DNA of 64,000 nucleotides, from contig OZ024743.1 of assembly GCA_964016885.1 (NCBI GenBank), positions 276,830,001 through 276,894,000 on the forward strand, given 5' to 3'. Below are positions 42,176 through 55,716 of this stretch, piece by piece. The stretch is from Eledone cirrhosa. Lineage: Eukaryota. The notes under the pieces are model-generated. The model was not told the DNA's origin, did no database searches, and saw nothing but the letters and a program-made list of their open reading frames with translations. The translations under genes were made by a program, and so were the position numbers. The first letter of the stretch is position 1. Every line of letters starts with the position of its first letter.

Positions 42176-42681
42176 TTACTTAGAGAATGAAGAAGAGAGA
42201 CATCGAGTTATTATGATTAAATCACTGTAACACTAACACAACGTGCATCTAAATAAAGGCAAGTATGGATTCATATGCAATATATTTATGTATATGTCTA
42301 TGCTCATATCCCGCCAGTGGGATTGAACAATATGTCAATTTCTAGTTTGTGTTTCTTTTTGTTATCAGTATGTATAGGAAAGAGAGTTTGTGTGTTTATG
42401 TGTGTTGGAATATTCACGTGCAATCCAGTTGAGAGCAGTGGCCGAGAACTCGTTTCTGCGAAGACAAGGAAGGTTTGGTCAGAGCGGAAGTGGTGGTGGA
42501 AGAGCAGGGGAGGTGGTGCCGCACGCAAAACGGAAGTGTGTTAGGAGGGGGTCTGTGGTGGTAGCGCGTGTGTGTAGTAATAGTAGAAGCAGTAGGTACA
42601 GGGTGCAGTGGTGGTAGGGTGAAAGGTACATATATATGTGTGTACTATCATTACCTAATATTCTGCACATGACTGCACCTT

Positions 42682-42808
42682 TCATTGCACGACCAGCAGT
42701 TCAGGACCGTGGAAACTGTTATAGCAATCCGGGTACCATATCATCTTACCCACACAAAGTCGTTTTTCTCGCTGTTCGCTGTTTAACGAAAGTGTGCACT
42801 TTGGCCAG
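42682..42808 (-). CDS. Candidate terminal host coding exon, product unknown
   Basis: Unique island. After CAG, one base plus WPKCTLSLNSEQREKRLCVGKMIWYPDCYNSFHGPELLVVQ*. The acceptor context is weak. Confidence 0.25.
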
Positions 42809-42837
42809 CTGGGTTCGAATTTTAATAATACGAACTT

Positions 42838-43015
42838 CTACTTTTGGCACAAGGCCAGCAATTACCCAGTGCATTACTGGTACTTTATTTTATCGACCGC
42901 GTAAGGATGAAAAGGAAAGTTAACCTCGACGGGATTTGAACTCAGAATGGAAAGTGCCGTAACTCCATCCGTCAAAGCATGGCGTCCGACCCTCTACCGA
43001 TACTGCCAATCCACC
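42838..43015 (-). mobile_element. SINE family A with 11-bp TSD
   Basis: Reverse complement of the 1927 copy. AATACGAACTT at 42827-42837 and 43016-43026. Confidence 0.9.
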
Positions 43016-43106
43016 AATACGAACTTAGTTTTCCATTGAGTGTGTGAGAAAACGGCCGAAGCTATGTTCGCTCTATTCGACTTGCTTCATCTCCTAATTA
43101 TATATA

Positions 43107-44002
43107 TCATAATCTATAAAGCTCAGTGTGTGGTCATGCTCCTTCGTTATAGAAATCTACGATATAGAATTTCTTCAATTGAAATTTACAATTCAGTATT
43201 CGAAATAGTTTCGATTGCGTCTTGACGCAGATAATGTTTTCAATTTCATCCACAATTACGCAAAAAATAGATAAAACTCAATATTTTACGATTTTTCTCT
43301 CTCATTTAAACTGCTGAACTCTTTCTACTACCATTCAAAATCTATACAACTTCATACTTTCTGCTACTTTCTCTTTCCAAGCTTTATGGTGATACTGTCC
43401 GTTCACACCACTCCCTACTGTCTTAAATTTAGAAAACACATATCCTCTATGAGGTTACTAAACCTGCTAGAAACAGCAGCTAACTCTCCCCCATATCACG
43501 CCCCTCCCTACTGTCTTAAATTTAGAAAACATATCTTCTATGAGGTCACTAAACCTGCTAGAAACAGCAGCTAACTCTCCCCATATCACACCACTCCCTA
43601 CTGTCTTAAATTTAGAAAACACATATCCTCTATGAGGTCATTAAACCTGCTAGAAACAACAGCTAACTCTCCCTCATATCACAACCCTCCCCACTGTCTT
43701 AAATTTAGAAAACACACAGACAACCATGCAGAACAACTCCCTCGCAGCTCTGTTGTTCGGCTGGGATCGTCTACGCGCGTGTTGCGCAAGTACTGTGAAA
43801 CAATAAATTTCAACACTTTTTTGCACAGAGATAATATCCATAGGCGAAACTACAATTGTCACTGCTGGCGCAGCTCCTGCTTCCAGGTCTGCAATTCATT
43901 CACCCAGTGCCTGGCAGACAAAAAAGTGCTGCAATAAAATGGGTGGTGCAACCTAACTTTGGTAACTTAATGACCCCGATCAATGCCGGGCTTTAATGCT
44001 AG
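43107..44002 (+). mobile_element. Probable non-autonomous Helitron carrying an internal tandem array
   Basis: 5' end A|TCATAATCTATAAAGCTCAGTGTGT. 3' hairpin CCCG-ATCAATGC-CGGG followed by CTAG|T. Confidence 0.55.
43403..43716 (+). repeat. About 91-bp tandem repeat, about 3.4 copies
   Basis: Unit CACACCACTCCCTACTGTCTTAAATTTAGAAAACACATATCCTCTATGAGGTTACTAAACCTGCTAGAAACAGCAGCTAACTCTCCCCATAT. Confidence 0.9.
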
Positions 44003-44048
44003 TATATATATAAATGGAAAAGAATGAAACGAAATTTCATTTCTCACT

Positions 44049-44096
<48 letters not shown>

Positions 44097-44254
44097 TGTT
44101 ACTGATCCCATAACTCCTAATGACGTTGTGTAGGAGCACCGTCATAAAATACATGGGCATATTAAACCTGGCGACACTCATCCAGCTGCAGGTTTCAACA
44201 TTTCTTCGAGAGATAGAGAGATGAGGGGTAATGAGCGAGAGAGAGAAGAATAGA

Positions 44255-44560
44255 CACCAGTACTGAACTGACACTTTATTTATCGACACCGAAAGGATGA
44301 AAGGTAAAGCCGACCTCGGTGGCATTTGAACTTACAGCGTAGAGAGTCGAAATAAATACTACAATAGTGGATTGGCAGTATCAGTAGAGGGTCGGACGCC
44401 ATGCTTTGTAGTATAGAGTTACATCCCTTTACGGTCTGAGTTCAAATCCTGCCGAGGTTAACTTAACTCTGCCTTTCATCCTTACGGGGTCGATAAAATA
44501 AAGTACCAGTAATGTACTGGAATAATTGCTGGCCTTGTGCCAAATATCGAAACAATTATT
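44255..44560. mobile_element. Two SINE family A copies, head to head
   Basis: Minus-strand fragment at 44255-44362 and a plus-strand copy at 44367-44560. Confidence 0.8.
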
Positions 44561-45029
44561 ATATATTGGATATGCATATACATATCCAATATACTGTGTT
44601 ACAGAAAATATCTCAATTTTAACCAACGCTGTATTTATTAGACATATGTTAGCCCTGCGTCTGTATTGTCTTAATATGCAATATCTTTAGAAATCAGCCG
44701 GACTAGTTTGAATACTAGGAAGCGAACTCCCGAAGGATGAAGGAATGGCGTTATAACATATGTGAAAAGTATGATAACGTATAGGAGGGGTAGGTGAGGA
44801 ACATAGAGAATGTGCTGGTGAGTATGTGGAGAAGGAGGAGGAGGAGGAGGTAGGGGTGGTGGTGGTGGTGGTGGTGGTGTTAGTGGTGGCAGGATTGATG
44901 CTGCTACTGGTGGTAGTGGGGGAATGGTGCTGATGATGGTGGTGGTGCTGGTGGTGTTAGTTGTAATGATGATACATACAAAGTGTACAGGGGGAGTATA
45001 AATGTGTGCGCGCGTGTGTGTGTGTGTGC

Positions 45030-45091
<62 letters not shown>

Positions 45092-46689
45092 TTTTGTTTG
45101 TTTTTCTTTTTTCTTTCTATTTTTCTTCTTTTGATGGTAATCTTTATATAAATATCGATAATTCAATTCAATTAATTGTCATTAGGTATATATTACATCT
45201 CTAACTCAAAATATTATCAGTGGCTGTTTAAAATATCGATTTCTTAGATACGACCAATATTTCAAGATAAATGTTAAGTTGGGGAGGAATAATTTTACCC
45301 TCTTTCAATTGAGTATTAGAAGAGTGAAGTGAATTGAAGTGAAATCATTTCCACCTGGAATAAAATAAAACAATCATGTATTCTGTATACTAGCAACCCC
45401 CCCAACATTGCTACCTATACGACAAGCTATTCTGCAAATATCAAAGGTTATTTCTGGAAAACAATATAAGTATAAATATATGTTTCAGATGGAATTGTAG
45501 TGGTCAGAGACCAGTTTGCAGAGGTATGACGAATCTTTCGACACCACGAAATAAATGGAAAGTGAATATAACAGATTTTGTCTGCTTTTTTTAATGGTTT
45601 AAATGGGTCTTCCACGATATAATTATCTATAAACACTTCGATGTTCAGAAACAGTAAAAAATTTAACCGAAACCTCATTATTGCGTAAATAAATACGTTA
45701 ATAAACTTAAGTATATGCCTGCAGCGAAGAGTCGTTAGGGCGTCAGATTAAATGCCTCAGTGTTTTCTCCGGCTCACCATACTCTGTTCTCGTATCCCAT
45801 TGATGTCAAATGTATCTTTCATCCTTTCGGAATCGATAAAAAAACGCACCAGTCCTTCATTTCACGTTGCTCCAGTATACTCAGCTGAAAATGGGTACCA
45901 GCAATAACTAGAGGTTTAAACCTGTCGAGGGGGGTGTCTTGTACTCTCAGTCGCTTGACGCTATGAAACCGGGGTAAGAACCAGCCTAACGAGCCTTCTG
46001 GCTTAAGACAAACTTTAGACTAGACAAGTCCTGGGATGGTGGATTGACGGAATTGTTAATGTGTCTTTATTTGATCCGTTTCTGTGGATTCTGAGTTCAA
46101 ATCACGCAGCCTCCTGCCAGGAATTACGACCGGTAGATAACATCAGAAATGGAAAGACTAATGGAAACATAGTTTCCATTGTCTGATCTGACGTTCGGCT
46201 CTTTTCCATTTAAGACAGTTTTTTACGTAATCTCAGTTTACTCATTTACACGTTTACAAAGATTCAGTTAAATCGGGTACTGTTTCAGTATATCTATGAG
46301 TTTATCCAATATCCCAGCTGTTTTGTGCATAGTTTAGGATAAGTTTGTCCCCCGCCCCAATGAATACATTCAGAGCACCTATAGTTGGATAGTGAAGCGA
46401 ATTAACGAACAATCAACCGAGAGGTTATTGTGTCATTTGCTGTAATCTTAAGTGCATATCAAAAGCACTTCTATCTCCATGACCGAGTTCACATAGCAGG
46501 GTCCCACCATGGGATTGCTGAATTTTGTTGTTATTGTTTACTATGTCTAAACATATTGAATATGATTCCATGTATGCTTGTATTCTGAATCCCGCTGTGC
46601 TAGTGCTACTGATAATTGATACTAGCCGGATAAACTTACACTATATGTAAATAAGATTTCAACATGAATAGTTTGCTTTCATTCCCTTT

Positions 46690-47390
46690 AATCTAGATAA
46701 GCGAATCTGCACAATAGTTTCAAACACAACAACAAGAGACTACAGACTAGAGGAGACGAAAGATATACTCATCAAGAGAAAATGCCCTCTAAATATAATC
46801 AACGATAGCCTTCAAAAAGCAATAATAATTAAAAATATTAATATTCAAGTCCTCCGAGATCCAAATTCCCAAAAGAAAAAAAGTCAAAACATATATCTCA
46901 ACCTTCAACCCCCCAAACACAGAAATCTATACACACATACAACTAAACCTATCTATACTACAAAAAGACAAAAAAATGAAAACCCTTTAAAAAATAAATC
47001 GTATTGTTACGAGTGAAAAAAATACTGAGACGCGTAGAGCTGCAAAGCACAATTACAGAACCCCATGTGAAAAGATGCAACCGACTCCATTGCGGAATGT
47101 GCAACAACCTATTGGAAGGTCATGAATGTCACTTCAAAGACAGACCCATCTTCAAAATTATAAATAGCATCTCGTGCAACTCGGAATACTTAATTTGTCA
47201 TAACCTGTCGAGGTTGCCACGAACATTATGTAGGACAAACGGGCTGACACTCCAACAAAGAATGACAATCCATTGGCAGAAAATCAGAAGCCCCGCATAC
47301 TAGAATGATCTCTCTATGTAAACATTTAAAAGAATGCAGAGGCAAAACGCTGCCAAACTTCGATGTTTTCCCATTCTACCAATGTAGTTA
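46690..47390 (+). mobile_element. Degenerate Penelope-like element (thumb/linker and GIY-YIG)
   Basis: RICTIVSNTTTRDYRLEETKDILIKRK, VKRCNRLHCGMC, FKIINSISCNSEYLI, CHEHYVGQT, LQQRMTIH, LCKHLKEC. Frameshifted. Confidence 0.75.
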
Positions 47391-47476
47391 CGAAATCACA
47401 TCAATTTTTGTACATGTTATAAAGATCTTTTATATATATACCAAGTGCTCTTTTCATACCTTTTATAAATCATTTT

Positions 47477-47533
<57 letters not shown>

Positions 47534-47872
47534 TATATCGTTATATAATTTCGTTGAAAAAAAGATAAACGACAATTTACGGTAACATTCTCAATAGATA
47601 ATTCCCTGAATGTTTTTATTTAAAAGTAACAGTAACTCATAAAAACTAATCTAGTTTACTCCTTTATAGAATTATATAGAGAAGGAACGTAGACGTGAAC
47701 AGTCCTTTTCTGTCGCAGGCCTTATGGCATATGACTTTTTATAAATTGGAATGTACCAGTAAAAGAATAATTCAGCACTCATAGTATGCAGTGTTTAGTA
47801 ATTCGACTTGTCACTTGAGGAATGACTCAGCTCCACCAAACCTTGTGCAAGAGAAAGTATGGGAGGAGGAGA

Positions 47873-48008
<136 letters not shown>

Positions 48009-49254
48009 AAGGAGGAATTTTAAAAACTCGAATGTAAATATTGTCTGGGTTCTGCAGGTAACCTATGTCTGTCATAGTACGTGCCAGCGAGGGACTGTTT
48101 ATGTGGCAACTCGAGTTGCTAGAAATAACAATGAAAACATACATATATACATACATACGGAGATATTCTGTTATATAGTTTTAGAAACACTATATCTGAA
48201 ATCTGAAAAAAATGTATGCGATGGGCATGGTTGGAACGTTAGAATGTCTACTCGATATCGGTTGACGTAGCGCTAAATAACAATAACAAGCAGAAGTTGA
48301 GCATTAACTGAATCGAACTCACTAGTGTGGACGGACTTTTGAAGATCATCGGAGCCTCTTATCCAAAGGCCACGAGAAAGAAGACACTTCTATTCTGACT
48401 AAATATTTGGTGGAAAGGAAAAAAATTCCCAAAGTGACTATCTGGCCTAACTGGCAAACAACAAACGCCTCCATATTGCAACAAAGTAATAAGCCGCTAT
48501 TTTCATGTATGATCAGTCGTAAATACAAACAACTACGACAAACAATTATAAAATGAAACAATGATCAGTCAGAAGTAAAATCAACATGGAGGAGAGAGAT
48601 AAAAAAAGAAGAGAATATTGTCTCAGATGTTAACTTCTAAGCTAATGGTCAAACGTTAATGTTCTGATTAGGTTTAAATTAATGATTACTGGAGCATTAA
48701 TGATCATTGTGAAATATATGGTCAAAATTTGATTGCATCTACTAACAATGGTCAGGTCTAAAGAAATTATGGACATAATGTAATGGTCACTGCTAAATTA
48801 ATGTCCATTCTATAATTAATGACCTTTGTGGGAGTTGATAATTATTTATGGTTATTTATGGTTACATCGGAGAAACTGAGAAATTCTAACCAGATGATAC
48901 TTTGCCAAGCCACGGCATATTGTCAATTGTATTTATAACACATACTACATATACATTACATAGTAAGTGAGATAGCGGGGATGTTGGGTGGTTAACATAT
49001 TCTAATTCAGTTAACATGGCTGTATTTTGTTACTGAACGCTTCGCTGTAAAAGTGGAGAATAGTATAAATGTGCAAATATACAACCGCCACCTACTACAG
49101 TCGTTACTCACAATTAAGTAATTTGGCAGTATATACCATGCTTTCGCTAAGCGTATTAGGTGTCCATGCAATCGCAATTGACACAGACACCCACTCGACT
49201 CCCACTCCCTTGATAAAGCGGAACATTCAGGATGTGATAGCTGGAAGGAGACGG

Positions 49255-49385
49255 CTGCACTGGGCTGGTACTTTCTTTATCGACCACAAAGGACGAAAGG
49301 CAAATAGGCATCGGTGGAATTTGAACTCAGAACACAAAGATAAAGAAAACATATCCAACACTCTGACGACTCTTACAAATTGGCT
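49255..49385 (-). mobile_element. Degenerate SINE family A
   Basis: CTGGTACTTTCTTTATCGACC...GAAAGGCAAA...ATTTGAACTCAG. Confidence 0.6.
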
Positions 49386-49544
49386 CCCTTTTACTCCCAC
49401 AGCACTCGTATAAATATGGAAAGCTGCAACTATCATATCATCACCACAACTACCACTACAGCCATATAAGTGTGCAAAGTGTGCAAACATACAACCACTA
49501 CATCACCACAGTCCTGTGTGTTGGACCTCCAGTTTCGATGACGT

Positions 49545-49753
49545 GTTTTTCAGTTGATTCAATCGACTGAACAGCCTGCTTATTAAATTAGTGTACATGG
49601 GTACCCTGAATGTACTCACAATTACAATTCATTTTTCTAGCTGAGTGAACTGGAACAATGTGAAATAACGTTCTTTGCTCAACACGCTGCCAGAAATCCA
49701 ACTCACAACCGTAAGGTTGTGAGTCGAACACCCTAACCACTAAGCTACGTGCT
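49545..49753 (-). mobile_element. SINE family B
   Basis: Minus strand: GCACGTAGCTTAGTGGTTAGGGTGTTCGACTCACAA...GAGCAAAGAACGTTATTTCACATTGTTCCAG. Confidence 0.7.
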
Positions 49754-50004
49754 TTCACATCTATGCTTAGTAAAATAGAGCTTTTACTTCTATATGGATA
49801 ATTACCATGCAATAGGTCCTTAACTCCTTATGGAGTGTAGTAGCGCCATAGTGACATACGGTGTGTCTCAAGCATTTAAACTTGGTAGATCCCATCCTTT
49901 TCCTGGTCTGAACACAGTTGATTTCTCCGAGAGAGAGAGAGTGAAAGAGAGGGAGAGTGTGTGTGTCCGAGCAGTGGAGGGAAATTGAGAAACACATCGA
50001 GGAA

Positions 50005-50165
50005 AAATCGACCCCAGTGCTAGACTAGTGTTTTATTTATCATTATCGAAAGGATGGAAAACAAACTTGATCTCGGCAGAATATGAACTCAGGTCGCAGA
50101 CAGCCGGAACAAACACCGCAAGGCATTTTATCCGACATTATAGGGACTCTGCTAATTCGCCGCCC
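50005..50165 (-). mobile_element. Degenerate SINE family A
   Basis: AATCGACCCCAGTG...AAGGATGG...TGAACTCAG...CTGCTAATTCGCCGCC. Confidence 0.6.
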
Positions 50166-50553
50166 AATAAAAGCCTAAGCTTACTTTTGGCTAAATTTGA
50201 ACTCAGGATCTTGCTGTCACCAACGTTACTGACAGCAACACATTTAATCTGACGGTCTCACCCTTGTACCAACATTCCTAAAATCTTTGAAACGAGACGA
50301 TAAAACAAAACAACCACAACCACAACCATAACAACAAAGTCATTGGAGCGAATGAGAGAGCCTCTATATGATCAATCTCTCTCAAATCACCTGCTATTGT
50401 CTTAAAATAAGTAAAGACACGTTGCATGATGCAGTCTGAAAAAAATATGAAACAGTGGTCACGGCTGGGAAACCTTTGATCGTATAAATCTACCCGTTTA
50501 AATCTGCAACAACTGCCACCGCTCTAACAACCACCATAACAACGATAATAATT

Positions 50554-50730
50554 GTTTCTACTTTTGGCACAAGGCCAGCAATTACCTAGTACATTACTGG
50601 TACTTTATTTTATCGACCCCGTAAGGATGAAAGGCAAACTTAACCTCAGTGGGATTTGAACACAGTCCGTAAAGGGACGTAACTCTATGCTGGGAAAGCA
50701 TGGTGTCCGACTCTCTACCGATACACCAAT
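50554..50730 (-). mobile_element. SINE family A with 14-bp TSD
   Basis: CAACGATAATAATT at 50540-50553 and 50731-50744. Confidence 0.9.
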
Positions 50731-51211
50731 CAACGATAATAATTACCAGCCAATTAAGGATCCTCTACACCGTCATTTGATCTGCTAGAAATAACAATCA
50801 AATCTCACTCAACTTACACAACAGTATCTTATTTCATTGCTTTACTACAGAATAAATATGCCTAGACTTTTCGTCAATACTTTACATATAGACCGATGTA
50901 AGCACCATAAGGAGGGATCATTCGGACTAGTTTCCATCCTATATTGGAATTTGATCAAGGATTTAGTACCCTTTTTAACTGTACACAAACTACTTATAAA
51001 CACACTATTTTTATTACAGCTAAGTCAAGTCTCTGATTTAAGTCTTATCTGAGTAACATCATCCTGACGACCTTAAAAAATATAAGAATAATAAAGTTAT
51101 AAAAAGCTTGTGACTTAAGTAAACCAGATATACCAATTTGATTATATAATTCGTCTTTCTTAATTGTTAGCTCACTTAATAAATTACTGATGTGTAAACA
51201 GTGTTTTATTT

Positions 51212-51538
51212 CAATAACCCGGCTATTCGCCGTCCAGGTTATTCGCGGAATTTTCCTTAGAACCCAGCTAATAATTGTTCGTGGAAACCACCGCATATTC
51301 GCGGAATCGTAAATATCTTCTGCGATTTTTCATGGCTCTTTTAACGCTAAATTATTAATAACAATATACTGTATTTGCCAGCCTGATGGGCGCCACTTCG
51401 AATAAGACGCTCTCTCTCTTTTTTTTTTTAATTTTACATTTTATTTTGACGTTTATAGGCATTTTTATGGATCACGTGGTTTTTCACTCTTCGCGGGTAC
51501 TCTTGGAACCTAACCCCGCGAATACCGGGGGATAACTG
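51212..51538. mobile_element. pogo/Tigger-like MITE remnant
   Basis: Right end CCGCGAATACCGGGGGATAACTG, repeated TATTCGCGG sub-terminal motifs, decayed left end. Confidence 0.45.
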
Positions 51539-52398
51539 CATATCTATTGACGATTAGTCAAAAGTGTATATATAGAGAGATGTAAACATCTTGTCTGTAT
51601 ATACTATATCTTCGGGGACAGAAAAAGAAGATTCAACCAGGCTACTTTCAATTCTGCCTTGGGGTTACCTCAGTGACCGTGTACCACGTTTTGTGCAGAA
51701 TATGGCTCGGGTTGCTCCTATATTTCTATATCTTTAAAATAAAGAATACATGTTCATGGCCGAAATACTCAATCAGGGGCCGAAGAATGGATCCCCCCAC
51801 CACCACTACAACAACAACGACAACAATAACAACAACCATGACAATACCATCGTCCTATTTATTTCTTAATTTCAAACAAAGCTCCATTTCTGATAAACCA
51901 ATCCAACCTACACGACCAGAATTGATTGGTAAACAACAACAACAACAAGCACCACAAGAACAAGAACAACAACAACAACAATAACAACAACAACAACAAC
52001 AACAACATCATCAACAACAACAACAAGAACAACAACAACAAGCACCACAAGAACAAATAAATTATAAAACAACAACATTGGAAATACTAAATAGAACAAA
52101 AAAAACAACAACTATCAAATCGATATTATTATTCACAAATATGATTGTTGTTGTTGTTGCTGTTGTTAGTATTACTATTATTATTAATATATATTTTTAA
52201 TCAAATTATTGATATTTTGTTGAACCAATCTGAAATTTAATTATTTGGGGAAGAATTAAACGCACACACACACACATATATATATATATACACACACACG
52301 ATGTATATGTATGTATGTGTGTATGTATATATATATATACAGGATATATACATATCTATACACACATATATACTCGTATACATAAAGCACACACATAT

Positions 52399-52429
<31 letters not shown>

Positions 52430-52767
52430 AACATACACAGTGACACGAGTACTCCCACCTATGTATGTTAGATACGAAGTTTCGATTATTTGGTCCGTGC
52501 GTGCATGAGTGTGGGTGTGTGTGTATGTGTTTGTGTGTGTGTAAATATTTTTATGTATGAGTTGCTTCTATTTCTATGTATGTATGTATGTATGTATGTA
52601 TGTATGTATGTATGTATGTATGTATGTATGTATGTATGTCCCGCATACATATACATATATGTATGTGAATATCTATCTATCTATTTATCTATCTATCTAT
52701 CGCCCTTCCTCCATCTCTCTTTCTCTCTCTCTCTCTCTCTTTCGTTGTCTCTCTCTCTCTCTCTATA

Positions 52768-52814
<47 letters not shown>

Positions 52815-53359
52815 TTGTGTGTGAGTGTGTGCGTGTGTATATGTGTGTTTCTGTACAATATAAAGCAATGCCGCAGACGGCCATAGTGCGACAGATTAGA
52901 TGTTATCTTACTCTAGTATTAACGCTGCGGAGTTCGAATCCCGCCGGCAGTAATTAATTTCAATGACTCTGGGCGATCATATTTGTAACCCCACAACCAT
53001 CACTACCACTACCATCGGAAATGTGACTTGCCTGTTGAAATAATATCGATAATCCCTGTTCCTCTGTTGGAATCCGCTAAGCTGGGCTTTGAAAATGTTT
53101 AGTTATTATAAATATACCGTATATCCTTAGAAAAATTAAATTCACATACATGTATGTATACAGTATATACAACTAAATTTATATATATATATATATATAT
53201 GGAGGAAGTTATAGTTCACTTGAAGCATTGTGTAATGAGGTATAAACGTTTGAATTTGTAAAGCCAAACAATGCAGGTATGGACATAGAATTAAAAAAAA
53301 AAATACAAATGCAAAAGATATTGTTGACAATTAGTCTTTTAGCTTAGATGTATTTAAAT

Positions 53360-53397
53360 GTCCTTAATTTTCGAGATAACATCTCTTCTTCGGAGGG
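53360..53397 (-). ncRNA. Minimal hammerhead variant (mirror of 53486)
   Basis: Reverse complement of 53486-53523. Confidence 0.6.
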
Positions 53398-53485
53398 AAG
53401 TAAAGCGGTTAAACCAGTGTTCTAAATAGCTTGCCAAGTCATGACTTGGCAAGCTATTTAGAACACTGGTTTAACCGCTTTACTT

Positions 53486-53523
53486 CCCTCCGAAGAAGAG
53501 ATGTTATCTCGAAAATTAAGGAC
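53486..53523 (+). ncRNA. Minimal hammerhead variant with a CCGAAGA core
   Basis: CCT-CCGAAGA-A-GAGAT(GTT)ATCTC-GAAA-AT-TA-AGG. U4 is replaced by C. Confidence 0.6.
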
Positions 53524-53661
53524 ATTTAAATACATCTAAGCTAAAAGACTAATTGTCAACAATATCTTTTGCATTTGTATTTTTTTAATTTTTTATTCTA
53601 TGTCCATACCTGCATTGTTTGGCTTTACAAATTCAAACGTTTATATATATATATATAATAT

Positions 53662-54590
53662 ATATCATATGTTTAAGTTGCTGTCTCCACCACCACCCCA
53701 CTCCCCGCGGTTTCCGCCTCAAGTTTCACCCCGCCTCTTACTCTGCTCCCACCACTGAGCCCATCCTTACCCGCTCCTCTCGCCAGCTCATGCGCGCGAC
53801 CATTCGATCAATTCTCGTCCAAATCCGTTCTCTCGACCGAGATCTCTCCAAAGCCTACCTCCATCTCTCCTCCACTTGCCACCCTTTCCTCGCCCAATCC
53901 CTTATCCAATTCATCCTTTATCTCAATCGCCTCATTTTCAATTTCCTCACTTCCGCAAAAAACCATAAACTCGACTCTCTCCGCTCCCCGCCTGCCGTCA
54001 CCCCCCATACTCATATCACTTCCAACCCTAACCCCTCTATCCCGTCACCTACCCCTGAATCTGCACTCGCTTTGCCCAACCACCTTGACCCCTCCGCTTC
54101 AGCCACTTTCACTCTCTCACGTCCCTGCACTGTAGTTTCCATACCCCAGGACCTACCACTCTCCGAAGCTGAGCGCTCTCTCCTCGCCCGTGGTTTGCGT
54201 TTTATACCAACCACATCTACCTGCGACGAGTTCCGCACACGTGCTGAGTTTGAAGGGTTCTTCCGTCGAGTAAAGCTGAAATCTTCTTTTCACGACACGC
54301 CATCATCGACACAGACAGATGACTTCACTCGTCTCAGTCGCCGGCAATCACATTGGACGCCGAGCTCTGGCCAGTTCAGCACCCTCGGACTCCTTTATCG
54401 ATACTTGCCGGCGAATTGTGAATCGGTTCCGTTTCCACTAGCATTCTCGTCGCTCTAACATCACGCGAACTGAGTTCTCCGCTCTTCACAACCTTCGGTG
54501 TCGCGATGACATTGTCATCAAACCCGCTGACAAAGGTGGCGCTGTGGTGGTTTGGAGCGCTGACCTCTATAGGGCTGAGGCTCTCCAACT
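53662..54590 (+). mobile_element. Penelope-like element ORF, N-terminal part up to the start of RT
   Basis: HHPTPRGFRLKF...LPLSEAERSLLARGLRFIPT...FFRRVKLK, then after a frameshift RDDIVIKPADKGGAVVVW, the PLE RT motif IKPADKG. Confidence 0.9.
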
Positions 54591-54623
54591 GTACCGATTG
54601 TGTTGTTATTTCTGTTTACCTTT

Positions 54624-54691
<68 letters not shown>

Positions 54692-54695
<4 letters not shown>

Positions 54696-55450
54696 CATCT
54701 GGATTGGACAGAAAGTTCCTCCCGTTTTTCAAAAGGAGGTATTTTGATAGCGTTTTCTGGAAATGTTAAACTTTGCGCATGCGCACATATATAAGAAGTG
54801 ACGTTGGTATGCACTATGTGTATTTCTCATTTTCTATTACACCGTCAAAGGGGAAGCAACATGGATCTATCCAAATAATTTATTCGTAGCTGTTTACTTT
54901 ATGACTTCAAAACTGGCTTAAGCGAAGTAACATGGAGTCGTTGCATTAACAATGCATTTGAGTCACACACCACGTCTAAACACAGTGACAGGGACTGGTT
55001 CTGACGCTTCCGTTTCGTTCCGTCATGTGATTAAAGCCTTGAAGGACGTCTATCCGACTTCAATGACAAGCAAATTCATGAGTTGGTGGAAGTCGAGTCA
55101 CGCCAGAAATCACGTCACATCTCCTAAGTTCTCGGGGCATTGAAAGTAGCGATCCTGTTCCATTCCTTCGTGATAACACTCGGCTGCATACATCAAGGAT
55201 AGTCCGTGAGAAGCTGCTGGAGCAAGGTTGGGAGGTTCTGTCCCACCCGCCGTATTCGCCCATCCTCGCGCCTTTCCTCTCAGTGAGCAATGCAATGCCA
55301 AGACCTTCGCCAATGAAGACCAGTTAAATCAGTGTCTGACGGAATTCTTTGCATCGAAGCCAGAAGAATTCTACAGGGATAGAATCACGTGCCTTCTTAA
55401 ACAATGGCAGACGATATGCGTAAATGATGACGACCATTTTGACTTGTAAG
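54692..55450 (+). mobile_element. Internally deleted mariner transposon
   Basis: MDLSK..IRSCLLYDFKTGL, then LRDNTRLHTSRIVREKLLEQGWEVLSHPPYSP, then FFASKPEEFYRDRITCLLKQWQTICVNDDDHFDL*. Left TIR-like TGGACAGAAAGTTCC; the right TIR could not be resolved. Confidence 0.8.
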
Positions 55451-55584
55451 TAAGGTACTTCCAATGAAACAGTTCTAGTCACGTAGAAGCCATTTGTATA
55501 TTAAATTTGTTATATTTTGTTATATATATATATATGTAAAAGAAAATTTTCGCTCTACATGGCTGAATACATATATAAATATAC

Positions 55585-55622
<38 letters not shown>

Positions 55623-55658
55623 GTATGCATATATGTATATATATACATCTATAACTTA

Positions 55659-55716
<58 letters not shown>

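Larger units (their letters stand above)
53241..53645. repeat. Spacer-less palindrome (about 200-bp arms); inverted PLE terminal repeat
   Basis: Centre GCCAAGTCA|TGACTTGGC at 53441/53442. The arms match except in an A/T run. Confidence 0.95.
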
